Below, in pieces: positions 47,737 to 58,446 of a stretch of 62,912 bases of DNA (within the stretch, counting starts at the first letter, position 1; each line of letters opens with the position of its first letter). The translations under genes were made by a program, and so were the position numbers. Where the stretch lies: the sequence record SRR2962707_3740; one strand, given 5' to 3'. The notes under the pieces were generated by a model. The model did no database searches. It was not told the DNA's origin and was given only the letters and a program-made list of their open reading frames with translations.

Positions 47737-49017
47737 CTATCCCAGTAATGACGGTAAGAACAGTGAAACTGAGGGCACGAACGTCACAAGCAGAAGGGCT
47801 GCCAACATCGCCAGATAAAACGGCCAGATGGTGCGCAGTGCTTGTTCAATCGGGACCTTTCCAACAGCACAGCCAACGAACAAACACGTCCCTACTGGCG
47901 GTGTGCAAAGCCCCAAGCCGAGATTGACCAACAGCATGATACCGAACTGAATCGGGTCCATTCCAATCGACGTAGCAATCGGTAAGAAAATTGGCGTGCA
48001 AATCAAAATCAACGCTGCCATATCCATGATCATACCAAGCGCCAGAAGAATGACGTTAAGCATGAGCAGAATAACAATTGGGTTTTCAGAGATCTCCAGC
48101 AGCGTATTCGTCAACAATTCCGGCACCTGATAAAACGCCAGAAGATAGGCAAACGCGCTTGCACAACCGATCAGGATCATGACAACCGATGTTGTCCGCA
48201 CAGCACTGACCAGACACTCAGTAAACGCGTTCCAACTGAGCGATCTGTAAACAAGCGCAGTCAAGACGAAGGCATAAATTGCACCAAATGCACCTGATTC
48301 TGTGACTGTAAATACCCCAGACAGAACGCCGCCAACAATGATCACAGCTGTAAACAGGCCGGGCAATGCAGACGCTGCAGCGGTCAAAACAACCGCCCAA
48401 CCGGGAAATGGCTCTGCAGGGTAGTTTGCCTTAACAGCAAGAATATATGCCGCGATCGCAAGGAAAACACACATCAGGATGCCCGGAATAACCCCGGCAA
48501 GAAACAGCTTGGAAATAGATATCCCGCCACCAGCTGCAACTGCAAAAATGATCATGTTGTGACTGGGTGGAATAACAACGCCCGCGATTGATGATGTCAC
48601 GGTAACGTTGACTGCATAGTCACCTTTGTAACCCTTCTCTTTCATTGCCGGGATAATCAGCGATCCGAGCGCCGAAATATCGGCAACTGCAGAGCCTGAG
48701 ATTCCACCAAACAACATGCTTGAGAAAATATTGACCGTCGCCAATCCTCCACGCACACGTCCAACAAGAGCCGAAGCAAAGCGCACCAGTTTAAGTGCCA
48801 GACCGCCATGCAGCATCAGTTCGCCAGCGAAGATGAAGAACGGAATTGCAAGCAATGAAAAGACAGAAACACCCGAGACAACACGCTGGAATGTCAGAAG
48901 TGCAGGGAAACCTTCAAATGCGAAAGCTGCCGCCGCGGCCAGGCCCATTGCAAACGCGACCGGTACCCCAACAATAATACTGACCCCAAAGACGCTCAGA
49001 AGAATAGCCAACCCCAT
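47737..49017 (-). CDS. dctM: TRAP transporter large permease
   Basis: AIPFFIFAG, SGSAVAD, IPPSHN, TPPVG. Confidence 0.95.
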   Translation of the reverse strand: MGLAILLSVFGVSIIVGVPVAFAMGLAAAAAFAFEGFPALLTFQRVVSGVSVFSLLAIPFFIFAGELMLHGGLALKLVRFASALVGRVRGGLATVNIFSSMLFGGISGSAVADISALGSLIIPAMKEKGYKGDYAVNVTVTSSIAGVVIPPSHNMIIFAVAAGGGISISKLFLAGVIPGILMCVFLAIAAYILAVKANYPAEPFPGWAVVLTAAASALPGLFTAVIIVGGVLSGVFTVTESGAFGAIYAFVLTALVYRSLSWNAFTECLVSAVRTTSVVMILIGCASAFAYLLAFYQVPELLTNTLLEISENPIVILLMLNVILLALGMIMDMAALILICTPIFLPIATSIGMDPIQFGIMLLVNLGLGLCTPPVGTCLFVGCAVGKVPIEQALRTIWPFYLAMLAALLLVTFVPSVSLFLPSLLG

Positions 49018-49018
49018 T

Positions 49019-49546
49019 TTATTCTCCCGTATTTTTTCTTATGAGTTTGTGGGTCGTATTCAGCAGTTCGCAAAGCGCCTGTGCGCTGGCAAACATGAAC
49101 ATCATGCCTCCACAGATAATAACCGGCAGCGTACGAAAGCTCTCGGGGATGTTCAGCATTGGCAATTTGGTTGACCAACCGAACTCAAACAGCTCGACAC
49201 TGTTGGTCATCATAATGAAACCAAACACGGCAACGGCGACGTGCGTTACAAACACTAACGGCCTGCGAATGAAAGAGGGCGTTGCGTCTCTAAGAAACGC
49301 CATACCAAGGTGCCGGTCCTCATAAACGCCTGACGCTGTCGCAAGAAAGGTAATATAGACCACTAAAAGCAACGCAAGTTGCTCAACCCAGGTCGGGGTC
49401 GAATTCAAAAGGTATCGACCAATCACAAGCCAGCCAAAGGTCAAAATCAAAACCACAAGCGCACAGCAACACAGGAATAGATTGATCCGGTTAACCCAAT
49501 CAAACAGCACCTGAACCCGTGCCAAAACTTTTTCCAGGAAACGCAA
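49019..49546 (-). CDS. dctQ: TRAP transporter small permease
   Basis: VIGRYLLN.TPTWVEQ; 4 TM segments. Confidence 0.9.
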   Translation of the reverse strand: MRFLEKVLARVQVLFDWVNRINLFLCCCALVVLILTFGWLVIGRYLLNSTPTWVEQLALLLVVYITFLATASGVYEDRHLGMAFLRDATPSFIRRPLVFVTHVAVAVFGFIMMTNSVELFEFGWSTKLPMLNIPESFRTLPVIICGGMMFMFASAQALCELLNTTHKLIRKNTGE

Positions 49547-49570
49547 GGTTGTTCACTCCGGCATGTCGGA

Positions 49571-49604
49571 AACGGTTCGCGCAAATCGTTTTGCGCGAAC
49601 CGTT
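49571..49604. other. Perfect 15-bp hairpin between dctP and dctQ (probable mRNA stabiliser)
   Basis: AACGGTTCGCGCAAA-TCGT-TTTGCGCGAACCGTT. Confidence 0.6.
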
Positions 49605-49626
49605 CCTAAAAAGATTACGCGACAAA

Positions 49627-50631
49627 TTAGTCGGAGTTACGCATCAGCTGAACAAGGTCGGACAGCTCAGGATTTGCTTCAAGGAACTGGGCATATACCG
49701 GCTCCATTGCAGCCTGAAACTTGGACTTGTCATCGATCGTGTTGATCTGGACGCCTGCATCACGAAGCTTGCTCATGCTGGCTTCTTCACGTTCCGCCCA
49801 AAGCTTACGCTGAAGGGTTACGCTATTGGTTGCAGCTTCTTGGACAATCGCCTGGTCTTCAGCCGAAAGCTCATCCCAGGTGCGCTTGCTCATGCACAGG
49901 CATTCTGGAATGATCAGGTGCTCGGACATCGAATAGAAACCTGCAACCTCGAAGTGGTTGGTTGATTCATAAGATGGTGGGTTGTTTTCTGCGCCATCAA
50001 CAATACCCGTCTGCAGCGCGGTATATACTTCACCAAATGCCATTGGTGTTGCATTACCACCCATTGAGTCGACCATGCCAACGAATAGATCGTTGTTCAT
50101 GACCCGGACTTTAAGGCCTGCAACATCATCCGGCGAATTGATCGGCTTCTTGGAGTTGTAGAAAGAACGTGCACCGGCATCATAGTAACCAAGCGCAACG
50201 ATGCCCTTTGCTTCAAGTCCTTTGCCAATCGCAGCGCCTGCTTCTCCGTCCATCAAACGGTGCATCTGATCAACACCCTTGAAAATGAACGGCAAGGAAA
50301 CAACGTTTGCTTCCGGAACAGCCTGCCCCATCGGGCCGAGGCTGAAGACACCAAAATTGATGATACCAAGACGGGTTTGCTCGATCGCATCAGGCTGCGA
50401 CCCCAAAACGCCGCCGTGGAAGACTTTGCTGGCCAGGCGACCATCCGTCTTCTCACTAACTTCGGCAGCAAATGCTTCCATGCCGTGCGAAACTGGATAA
50501 TCCACAACATGGATGTTCCAGCCGCTCCAATCTTTTGCGTCTGCGGATGCGCTTGCGACAAGAGCCGGCGCAATCAACAACGCCATCAAAGACGCCTGGA
50601 TTTTCGAAGACCACTTCTTCCCTAAAGACAT
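49627..50631 (-). CDS. dctP: TRAP substrate-binding protein (uronate-type)
   Basis: YYDAGARSFY, GLKVRVM, PMAFGEVYTALQTGIVDGAENN. Confidence 0.95.
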   Translation of the reverse strand: MSLGKKWSSKIQASLMALLIAPALVASASADAKDWSGWNIHVVDYPVSHGMEAFAAEVSEKTDGRLASKVFHGGVLGSQPDAIEQTRLGIINFGVFSLGPMGQAVPEANVVSLPFIFKGVDQMHRLMDGEAGAAIGKGLEAKGIVALGYYDAGARSFYNSKKPINSPDDVAGLKVRVMNNDLFVGMVDSMGGNATPMAFGEVYTALQTGIVDGAENNPPSYESTNHFEVAGFYSMSEHLIIPECLCMSKRTWDELSAEDQAIVQEAATNSVTLQRKLWAEREEASMSKLRDAGVQINTIDDKSKFQAAMEPVYAQFLEANPELSDLVQLMRNSD

Positions 50632-50944
50632 ATTATGTTTCTCCCTGATTTTTTTACATTACCAGTTTGGCAATGCCATAGGTATTATATCAACCACCAA
50701 TACGCCGCAACTCATAATTTACAAATATTTACAACATTTGAGATCGCCTTCACACATAGTGAATTTATCTATTTGATATAATTATATATTATCAAAATCC
50801 TGAAATGTTAAAATCCTTGAAGGCACCCATTATTAGTCAACTTTTGTTTGCATTATATAGGCCATGAGATAATATCTCTTCTCATATCTCATCACGATTC
50901 TACACCTGAAATCTCGCGCCACCCTAACCTTGCAAGAGTCATGA

Positions 50945-51691
50945 ATGACCAAATCCCCGCTCCATTCCCCCAGAAAAGCCTCGCTCACCGAAACCGCGAC
51001 GGAGCGATTAAGAGCGCAAATCAAAACCGAAAACTTGTCCCCTGGCGACCCGTTACCCAAAGAGAAAGATTTATGCATCCAACATGATGTTAGTCGCACA
51101 GTGATCCGGGAAGCTCTTGCAACACTCAAAGCCGATGGGCTGGTAATTGCAAAACATGGTGTTGGATTTTTCGTGGCCAACCCAAGTCGAAAGCCAATAA
51201 GTGACTCTTCTGGCTTTGACTTGGGCAACCTCAAAAATGTCTCATCAGTCCTTAACGTTCTGGAACTACGTGTCGGGGTCGAATCCGAGGCCGCTGCACT
51301 CGCCGCCCAGCGCCGTTCCCCCGCACAAGAAGCCAACATACAGGAATGCTATGAACGTCTGAAATTGGCATTGGAGAGTGAAGAGCTCGATTCCGGACAA
51401 CCAGACCATGCATTCCACCACGCCGTCGCTGAGGCCACGAACAATCCGATCTATGTCGATTTTTTGGACTACATAATAGATGCCGCCTTAAAGCAGGCAT
51501 TTGAGATTGGTTACGGTGCGAACGAAGCTCGACGGCTCGATAAAATCGACATCCTGCTCAGTGAACATCGGGAAATTGTCGATGCCATTTCAGAGCGGGA
51601 TGCTGAACGCGCTCGTCGTGCAATGCGCGAACATCTGGAAAAAAGCGCAACACGCTTTCGACAATTGTCTTATCATCGCAGCTCCACCTAA
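50945..51691 (+). CDS. FadR-subfamily GntR regulator
   Basis: PGDPLPKE..L....VSRTVIREAL...KHGVGFFV plus FCD domain; divergent from the TRAP operon. Confidence 0.92.
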   Translation: MTKSPLHSPRKASLTETATERLRAQIKTENLSPGDPLPKEKDLCIQHDVSRTVIREALATLKADGLVIAKHGVGFFVANPSRKPISDSSGFDLGNLKNVSSVLNVLELRVGVESEAAALAAQRRSPAQEANIQECYERLKLALESEELDSGQPDHAFHHAVAEATNNPIYVDFLDYIIDAALKQAFEIGYGANEARRLDKIDILLSEHREIVDAISERDAERARRAMREHLEKSATRFRQLSYHRSST

Positions 51692-52201
51692 GCTGGGCAA
51701 ATCCGCTAAGAAATCATCTCTACTTCTGATAAGAACAGTTTATCCGGTCAACCAATCCCAACTGATCAGCTACCCTTTCCAAGCTCTATTCGGCCGCTAG
51801 GCGATTAAACAACCCTTGCGCCGGTTTGGCTTGCACACACTTTATGCACAATCCACATTAAAAAAAATAGATCACTGCCTATCTTTATTAACTAGGATAC
51901 AGGAATCTTAAATATCGATATAACTTGCACGAAATAAAAAAAATCGACTAAAATAAGCATGAAAGCTGGATATGTCGCGAGGCACGTGAAGCTCGTTGCA
52001 CCCATCATGACCAGCTTGCCTGCACAGGTTTGAAAATCAGGCAAGGCCAAGTGACTGTTAGCTCTTTGCAGACATCAGAAGAGCGCCCAAATATCACTAT
52101 AGAACACACAATTTTTTCACACAGCATACAGATAGCTATGGCTCAGCAAACGGATATAATATGATCGTCGACTTCTTTGCATTACACGCTACAGAAACAC
52201 T

Positions 52202-52894
52202 ATGAACTTGACTTCACAAACAGCTTCACCATCACAACAAAGTTCACAAATTGTGTCCGCGACACAAACCGCCTATGACGCAATTCGAAACATGATTGTG
52301 ACCGGCGAATTGCGCCCTGGTACAAAGCTCAAAATCGAAAACCTCAAAGAGATCCTGCAAACAGGAGCTTCTCCTATTCGCGAAGCCCTGAGCCTGTTGA
52401 CTTCGGAGCAACTTGTCGAGCGCCTTGATCAACGTGGATTTAGAACAGCACCTGTCAGCCAACAGAACTTCAACGAAATTCTCAACCTCCGCTGTGCGCT
52501 GGAAGATATGGCTCTTCGCGAAAGCATCTCGAATGCTGACGATGGATGGGAAGAAGAGCTGGTTCTCTCTCATCACCGCATGTCACGCACAGACTCAAAA
52601 GATATCCCGTTATTTGAGGAGCGCCACAAAAGCTTTCACATGGCGCTGCTGGCAAATTGCCATTCCCCGATCCTACTCCACTATTGCCACCAGCTTTATG
52701 ACCTTAACGTTCGCTACCGCTATCTTGCTGGTCGGTCACAGAATTATGGCAAGCGGGATGTAAAACGCGAACATCGGGAAATCATGGAAGCAGCCGTCGC
52801 ACGCGATATCGAACGCGCCTCCGAACACCTTTTGGACCACTATCAGCAGACCGGCGAATTTCTACGCCAGTCTGCACTTGTGCCTTCAAAATAG
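52202..52894 (+). CDS. GntR-family (FCD) regulator
   Basis: G.LRPGTKLKI..L....GASPIREAL..L....LV....QRGF. Confidence 0.92.
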   Translation: MNLTSQTASPSQQSSQIVSATQTAYDAIRNMIVTGELRPGTKLKIENLKEILQTGASPIREALSLLTSEQLVERLDQRGFRTAPVSQQNFNEILNLRCALEDMALRESISNADDGWEEELVLSHHRMSRTDSKDIPLFEERHKSFHMALLANCHSPILLHYCHQLYDLNVRYRYLAGRSQNYGKRDVKREHREIMEAAVARDIERASEHLLDHYQQTGEFLRQSALVPSK

Positions 52895-52905
52895 AGTTCC
52901 CGCTT

Positions 52906-53772
52906 TTATTTCGCGACAAGTTTGAAGTCAAAATTGACCGCCAAGTAAGCCTCGTTTACTTTTCCAGATATGGCAAAGCCTTCCGGGAAAGTGCCCGAAG
53001 GTTTTTGTTCGTAGCACATCACCAGATCTTCGCGGACCCCAAATACCGTGTCCTGATCAAGGTACGGATCATCATCCGGGAAGACTTCCGTCACGAGGTC
53101 ACGGTATCCATCTGCCTTGATGATGAAATGCAGATGAGACGGGCGCCATGGATGACGCCCCGCAGCATTCAGGATACTTCCGACCGGCCCGTCTGCTGGC
53201 ACTGTATAGACAACAGGTCGAACGGTCGTGAAACCGTAATAACCGTTTTCATCAGCTGTCATCAGACCATGGAAAGACATGATATCCTGTTCCGGATCCT
53301 GACTCGAATACAGGCCATTTGGGGCCGTCTGCCATATATCAAGCTTGGCAAATGGTACAGGGTTCCCATCGAGATCCTGTACACGCCCCTGAACCAATAA
53401 TACCTCGCCGGAATAATGACGCTTCATATCCTCACCGATCTGCATTGGCGGTGCATCCGAAACATGAAATGGCCCAAGCACACTTGAACTTGTCGCCCCA
53501 TCCGGTGAATTGATCATATCGACCAACGAAGACAGACCAAGCACATCGGATAAAAGAACAAACTCATTGCGCTCTGGTGTGGTGATATTTCCGGCCCACT
53601 CCATTGCCTTAAGAGCGGCACGCCATTCATCATGCGTGAGAGATACTTCACGCGTAAACTCATGAAGATGACGGGCTAGTGCAGACATTACCTCTTTAAA
53701 CCGTGGGTCGGTATCGTCTCCAAAATATCCGGCAAAAACTTCGCTGATATTGTCAGGTGTAACGTTTCTCAT
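52906..53772 (-). CDS. Intradiol ring-cleavage dioxygenase, hydroxyquinol 1,2-dioxygenase-like
   Basis: EFVLLSDVLGLSSLVD, VLGPFH, G.YS.QD, YTVP.DGPVG, RPSHLH, DTVFGV. Confidence 0.88.
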   Translation of the reverse strand: MRNVTPDNISEVFAGYFGDDTDPRFKEVMSALARHLHEFTREVSLTHDEWRAALKAMEWAGNITTPERNEFVLLSDVLGLSSLVDMINSPDGATSSSVLGPFHVSDAPPMQIGEDMKRHYSGEVLLVQGRVQDLDGNPVPFAKLDIWQTAPNGLYSSQDPEQDIMSFHGLMTADENGYYGFTTVRPVVYTVPADGPVGSILNAAGRHPWRPSHLHFIIKADGYRDLVTEVFPDDDPYLDQDTVFGVREDLVMCYEQKPSGTFPEGFAISGKVNEAYLAVNFDFKLVAK

Positions 53773-53780
53773 AGTCGATC

Positions 53781-55088
53781 CTAGTTCAGAAGGGATAGGG
53801 AGAGCGACGGGAAGGCGATCAGCACGATCAAAACAATCAGCATCACACCTGCAAAAGGCAGTGCCCCAAGGAAGACGTCCTTAAGAGTCACCCGGTCATC
53901 ATCAAGCGTTGCCTTGATAACGAAACACGATATGCCCAGTGGCGGTGTAAGAAGCCCGATCTCCGCGCCAATCACCGTAATAATACCGAACCACACAAGG
54001 GATAATCCCATCGGCTCGATCAATGGCAAAAACAGAGGAACAACAATCAGGATAATCGAAGATGTATCAAGAATAGTGCCTAGAAACAGCATCAAGACCA
54101 CATAGAAGAACATGATCTGAATGAAACCAAAATCACTCTCTCCCAGAAGCCGGTCCAGCTCATTAGGTAAACCAGCCAAACCAAGCATACGGCTATAGAT
54201 CGACGCCGCTGTAATCAGGAACAGGATAGCTGCCGTAATGTGGCCGGTTTCAATCAGCGTTTCCCAAAGACCTCTCCAGGAGATAGAACGTCGCAAAACG
54301 GCGATACCAAGCCCCAACAACGCCCCAGCGGCACCGGCTTCAACCGGGGTCATCCAGCCAAGATAAATTCCACCGATCACCGTTGCGATCAGAAATACCA
54401 TCGGAAACGTTTTTGAAGCAATTTCCGACCATGGCATGGGTAGATAGTCTTCTGCCGCGCGACCACCGACAAAAGCCGGGGTAAAACGCCCCATTAAAAA
54501 AATCGCAACAAGATAAGCCCCTGCAAGCATCAAACCGGGAACAACACCTGCAATAAACATTGCCCCAACTGATTGCTCGGCAACAAAGGAATAGATGATC
54601 AACATCGCGGAAGGCGGAATGATCATCCCCAACACGGACGATCCGGCTACGACACCAACGGCAAAACGTGGGTTATAATCGTACTTAAGCATTTCCGGGA
54701 CAGCGACCTTGGAAAACACCGAAGCTGATGCAATGGAACTTCCGGTGACAGCAGCAAACCCGGCATTTGCACCGACCGTTGCCATACCAATCCCGCCTCG
54801 CACCCGGCGGAATGAGGTACTCATCACCGCATAAAGGTCAGATCCAAGACCGGCCCTTGAGACAACAAGTCCCATGAAACTAAACAAGGGAACTGTCGCA
54901 AAAGTGTATTCCATTGCGCTTTCGCTGACCGCAATTTTCAGCAGATTAAGCGCCAACTCAAAGTTATCGCGCATCAACCAGATTGCGACAAAGGACACAG
55001 CACTCAGCGCTATTGGAATATAAACGCCAAAATATATAAGCAATACGATGGCAACAACCGAAAGGCCGCCAATTTCAATGGGGGTCAT
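53781..55088 (-). CDS. dctM: TRAP transporter large permease
   Basis: TGSSIASA, LGMIIPPS, EIGLLTPPLG. Confidence 0.95.
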   Translation of the reverse strand: MTPIEIGGLSVVAIVLLIYFGVYIPIALSAVSFVAIWLMRDNFELALNLLKIAVSESAMEYTFATVPLFSFMGLVVSRAGLGSDLYAVMSTSFRRVRGGIGMATVGANAGFAAVTGSSIASASVFSKVAVPEMLKYDYNPRFAVGVVAGSSVLGMIIPPSAMLIIYSFVAEQSVGAMFIAGVVPGLMLAGAYLVAIFLMGRFTPAFVGGRAAEDYLPMPWSEIASKTFPMVFLIATVIGGIYLGWMTPVEAGAAGALLGLGIAVLRRSISWRGLWETLIETGHITAAILFLITAASIYSRMLGLAGLPNELDRLLGESDFGFIQIMFFYVVLMLFLGTILDTSSIILIVVPLFLPLIEPMGLSLVWFGIITVIGAEIGLLTPPLGISCFVIKATLDDDRVTLKDVFLGALPFAGVMLIVLIVLIAFPSLSLSLLN

Positions 55089-55663
55089 TCGCTTTCCACT
55101 TCTTCTGCATTGGCCCGCCTAAGTGGCGCAATCACCCGCAGAACAAAGATTGCTCCACATAGGCAAGAACTGACCAGAATGGTTAGCTTGATCGGCCACC
55201 ACGGCGCGGTGAAGACACCCGGTATTCCGAAGTAGTCCTGGCTTTCCCACATCTCGACAAAAAGTGGAAAAGAGGCTACAGCGATCAAGGCCATAATCAC
55301 GAAAGACAAAGCATCGATCAATCGACGCATAGCCCCCGCCAAGACAGGACTAAACAGCTCAAGAAGGACAAGAAACCCTTCAGAACGCGTTAGTCGGCCC
55401 GCGCGAATGACATCAGGCAACTGAAGAAATACAATCAACACCATCGCAAACTGCACAAGCTCGATGGCACCGTGCAGTGGCCGGTGAAAAAGGGTTCTCG
55501 CCAGCATGTCGTAATTAACGACAACAACCAGCGCCAGAACCATCAGCGTCCCGGTCACATTGGCTAACACTGAAGTCCGCTCGATAAGCTTTGTCAAACC
55601 GGCATGAAGGCACCGGTACCAACGTAGTACCGGTGCTTCAATCAAATCTGCCCTGCCTGTCAA
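55085..55663 (-). CDS. dctQ: TRAP transporter small permease
   Basis: D..AR.LF.RPL.G.IELV; 4 TM segments. Confidence 0.88.
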   Translation of the reverse strand: MTGRADLIEAPVLRWYRCLHAGLTKLIERTSVLANVTGTLMVLALVVVVNYDMLARTLFHRPLHGAIELVQFAMVLIVFLQLPDVIRAGRLTRSEGFLVLLELFSPVLAGAMRRLIDALSFVIMALIAVASFPLFVEMWESQDYFGIPGVFTAPWWPIKLTILVSSCLCGAIFVLRVIAPLRRANAEEVESE

Positions 55664-56742
55664 TTCGACAGCCCCGCAGACCAGTCACGCAATGTGACAC
55701 TGCCACCAGCAGAAAGCTTGGCAAGATAGGCCTTTAGCATTTCCGATCCCGGATGACCGTTTTCATTAAGGTCTTTCGCCCATTCACCGGCAATGTCGGG
55801 CATGGAATCGGCCCATGCTTTACGTTCTGCGTCACTCATATTTACGATCGTGCCGCCTGCTGCCATAAAGGCGACATGACTTTCAGCAGCTTTTGACATA
55901 GCAAGTTCGGCAAGATGATCGCGATAGGAAATCGCGACTTCCTGAATGACCGTTTTGACTTCATCCGGCAGGCCATTCCAGTAGTCCTTGTTCGCGGTCA
56001 CGGTTTTCGTATTCACCGCACCGAGATTGGCATTCAACATGTAAGGTGCAACTTCGGCGATCTTGAATGTCGCTGCGGCTTCCGGCCAAAGCATGGCGTG
56101 TTCGACCAAATCAGTCTGCAACATATTATAGAAGTCCGTTAGTCCACCACGCACACCAACGGCACCCTCGATACCTTCGACATAGCGCAGGTTCATACCT
56201 GCCCCAGCGATTTTCGCGCCATTAAGATCTGCAAGAGATGCGACCTCAGACTTCGAGAAAAGCTGATAAGTATCAAGAACAACACCTGTCGTCAGATAAA
56301 CCTGATTCTGCTTTTCGAATTCCGCCTGCATTGTTGGGAATTCTCGTGCAATTTCGTCAACTGCACGTGCAACCACACGGGCATCGGCCGAAACAAATGG
56401 TGTTACCGCTGAAATGGCCTGACTTGGTAGTTTCGACGAATGGAAAATCGTCGTCACAATACCGATATCGCCCAGACCAAGCTGGATACCTTCCAGCACA
56501 CCACGCGGCTTAACAACGGTACCGCCGTAACTCTCACGCCAGTCCATCTTGTAATTGCCCGTCTCGGCCAGACGCTTATCCACTTCCGGGATAAAGAAAT
56601 TGCTGAATTCCTGCACCCACATTGCCCGCGCGGGATATCCGTCAATCACATTGGCTACAATGACTTCCTGTGCCGTGGCTGGCACAACAGCAAGAACGGT
56701 TAATGCCGCACCTGCTGCCATTCTCATAAGTTTAGTCTTCAT
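55660..56742 (-). CDS. dctP: TRAP substrate-binding protein
   Basis: Signal peptide; YGGTVVK....LEGIQ.GLGDIG, N.D.W..LP.EV; start ATG 56742 with GGAGG RBS. Confidence 0.9.
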   Translation of the reverse strand: MKTKLMRMAAGAALTVLAVVPATAQEVIVANVIDGYPARAMWVQEFSNFFIPEVDKRLAETGNYKMDWRESYGGTVVKPRGVLEGIQLGLGDIGIVTTIFHSSKLPSQAISAVTPFVSADARVVARAVDEIAREFPTMQAEFEKQNQVYLTTGVVLDTYQLFSKSEVASLADLNGAKIAGAGMNLRYVEGIEGAVGVRGGLTDFYNMLQTDLVEHAMLWPEAAATFKIAEVAPYMLNANLGAVNTKTVTANKDYWNGLPDEVKTVIQEVAISYRDHLAELAMSKAAESHVAFMAAGGTIVNMSDAERKAWADSMPDIAGEWAKDLNENGHPGSEMLKAYLAKLSAGGSVTLRDWSAGLSN

Positions 56743-56859
56743 CTGATCCTCCCTGATTTGCGCTTTGCGCGATTTCGAAGCCAACCCAACAAGAGGATCA
56801 ACAACGACATTTTTTAGCTTGATCTGATCCGGACTGCGGTTTTCTTCTCCGCATGATGG

Positions 56860-57510
56860 TTAGGAAATGCTGCACACCTCATCAAATGCGAAACGTGGTA
56901 ACTTCTGGAAGAGTGCCTTTTCATCTGCATAACCAATATTGCAGAGGAAATTCGACTTCCATCCGTTCTGTGAAAAGAACTCTTTATCGACAATCTCGTT
57001 CGAAAATCCCGACATCGCCCCAACATCAAGACCAAGGGCGCGTGCCGCAATCATGAAGTAGGCCCCCTGAAGCGTTGAGTTTCGAAGTGCCGTAATCTCG
57101 CAATGTTCCGGTTTTCCTTCGAAATGCGGGCGCCGATCTTCGTGTGGAAACAGAAAAGGCATTTGCGTCCAGAATTCAGGATCATATGCGATAATAGCCG
57201 TTACCGGTGCGGCCATCATCTTGTCGATATTTTTCGCTTTTAACGCCTTTGCCAACCGTTCTTTGTTTTCCGCATCACGCACAAACACAAAGCGGGCAGG
57301 ACAGGTATTCATACTTGTCGGGCCGGCAATCGTGATTTCATACAACTCTCGCAGAACTGCATCGGTAACCGGCGTGTCCGTCCAAGCGTAATGCGAACGT
57401 GCTTTTCTCAAGATAACGTCAATAGACGCCTCATCAAGATGGCGCTTGGCAGCACGTACGGCCATTACTTCTTCCTGCGCTGCCTGCGGTGATGATGTAG
57501 CGTCACTCAT
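56860..57510 (-). CDS. RutE-like nitroreductase (malonic semialdehyde reductase family)
   Basis: ARSH..W, GPTSMN..PARFVFV, RNSTLQGAY..IAARALGLD.G.MSGF, LPR..FDE. Confidence 0.85.
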   Translation of the reverse strand: MSDATSSPQAAQEEVMAVRAAKRHLDEASIDVILRKARSHYAWTDTPVTDAVLRELYEITIAGPTSMNTCPARFVFVRDAENKERLAKALKAKNIDKMMAAPVTAIIAYDPEFWTQMPFLFPHEDRRPHFEGKPEHCEITALRNSTLQGAYFMIAARALGLDVGAMSGFSNEIVDKEFFSQNGWKSNFLCNIGYADEKALFQKLPRFAFDEVCSIS

Positions 57511-58388
57511 CAAGCAGCCCCAGCAACAAGATCAGCTTCGTCGACAATTGGATTTGAACAAATACCAATTTGTTCAATTTCAATCTCCACGACCTCGCCC
57601 GGGCGCAACCAGCGCGGATGCGGTTTTTTGGCATGCCCCACGCCAGGAGGCGTGCCCATCGCAATCAAATCTCCCGCTTCAAGTGTCGTAAACTCTGACA
57701 TGATCGCAATCGCCTGTGCAACGGACCAAATCATATTGCCTGTATTGGAACTTTGCAGAATTTCGTCCCCGACACGGCTTTCAATCTTAAGACCTTTTGC
57801 TCCCTCAGGAAGATCATCTGCCGTAACAACGAATGGCCCAATCGCACCGGTCTTGTCGAAATTCTTACCCGGCGTCCATTGATGTGTTTTGCGTTGATAG
57901 TCCCGGACAGAACCATCATTGAACACCGTATAACCAAAGACGTGATCAAGTGCATTTTCTTCAGAGATATGCCGACCACCCTTACCGATCACAACCATCA
58001 GTTCTGCCTCATAGTCGAGTTTCTCAGAGCAACTCGGCCGAACAAGAGGCTCCCCCGCAGCCATAATTGACTGACGCGTACGCATGAAAATGGCGGGGTA
58101 ATCAGGAATGTCATAACCACCTTCCTTGATATGCTCGATATAGTTCAACCCAAGACACAGGATCTTACCCGGGTTGTTTATCGACAAGGCCGGTGTGATA
58201 TCCGAAACGTCAACAGCACTTTGACCAACCGTTAGTTCCTGCGCCTGTTTCAACAGGTCGGGATTGCCGATCAGTCCCGCCAAGTCACAGCCAACACCTG
58301 AAAGCGCTTGCGTCAGATTGACCGCTTTTCCTTGGTCCACCTTGTATACGGACGTTGCACCGTCATAAGTGCCCACCAGAAGTTTCAT
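57510..58388 (-). CDS. Fumarylacetoacetate hydrolase family protein
   Basis: KILCLGLNY.EH, DYEAEL, NDGSVRDYQ, GKNFD, GTPPGVG; start ATG 58388 with GAGG RBS. Confidence 0.92.
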   Translation of the reverse strand: MKLLVGTYDGATSVYKVDQGKAVNLTQALSGVGCDLAGLIGNPDLLKQAQELTVGQSAVDVSDITPALSINNPGKILCLGLNYIEHIKEGGYDIPDYPAIFMRTRQSIMAAGEPLVRPSCSEKLDYEAELMVVIGKGGRHISEENALDHVFGYTVFNDGSVRDYQRKTHQWTPGKNFDKTGAIGPFVVTADDLPEGAKGLKIESRVGDEILQSSNTGNMIWSVAQAIAIMSEFTTLEAGDLIAMGTPPGVGHAKKPHPRWLRPGEVVEIEIEQIGICSNPIVDEADLVAGAA

Positions 58389-58446
58389 ATCAATTCCTCT
58401 ATTTGGTTTTTTCTTCTTTTGCCGATAAAAATGTCGTATGTCAATT

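Noticed and set aside
50731-50738. ACA+ACATT as the right transposon end with target duplication
   Set aside because: No inverted TnsB-like repeat array precedes it; an 8-mer in an AT-rich promoter is expected by chance.
51692-52201. 510-bp AT-rich gap as an sRNA or IS remnant
   Set aside because: No terminal repeats, transposase fragment or convincing stable structure seen; only operator-like palindromes.
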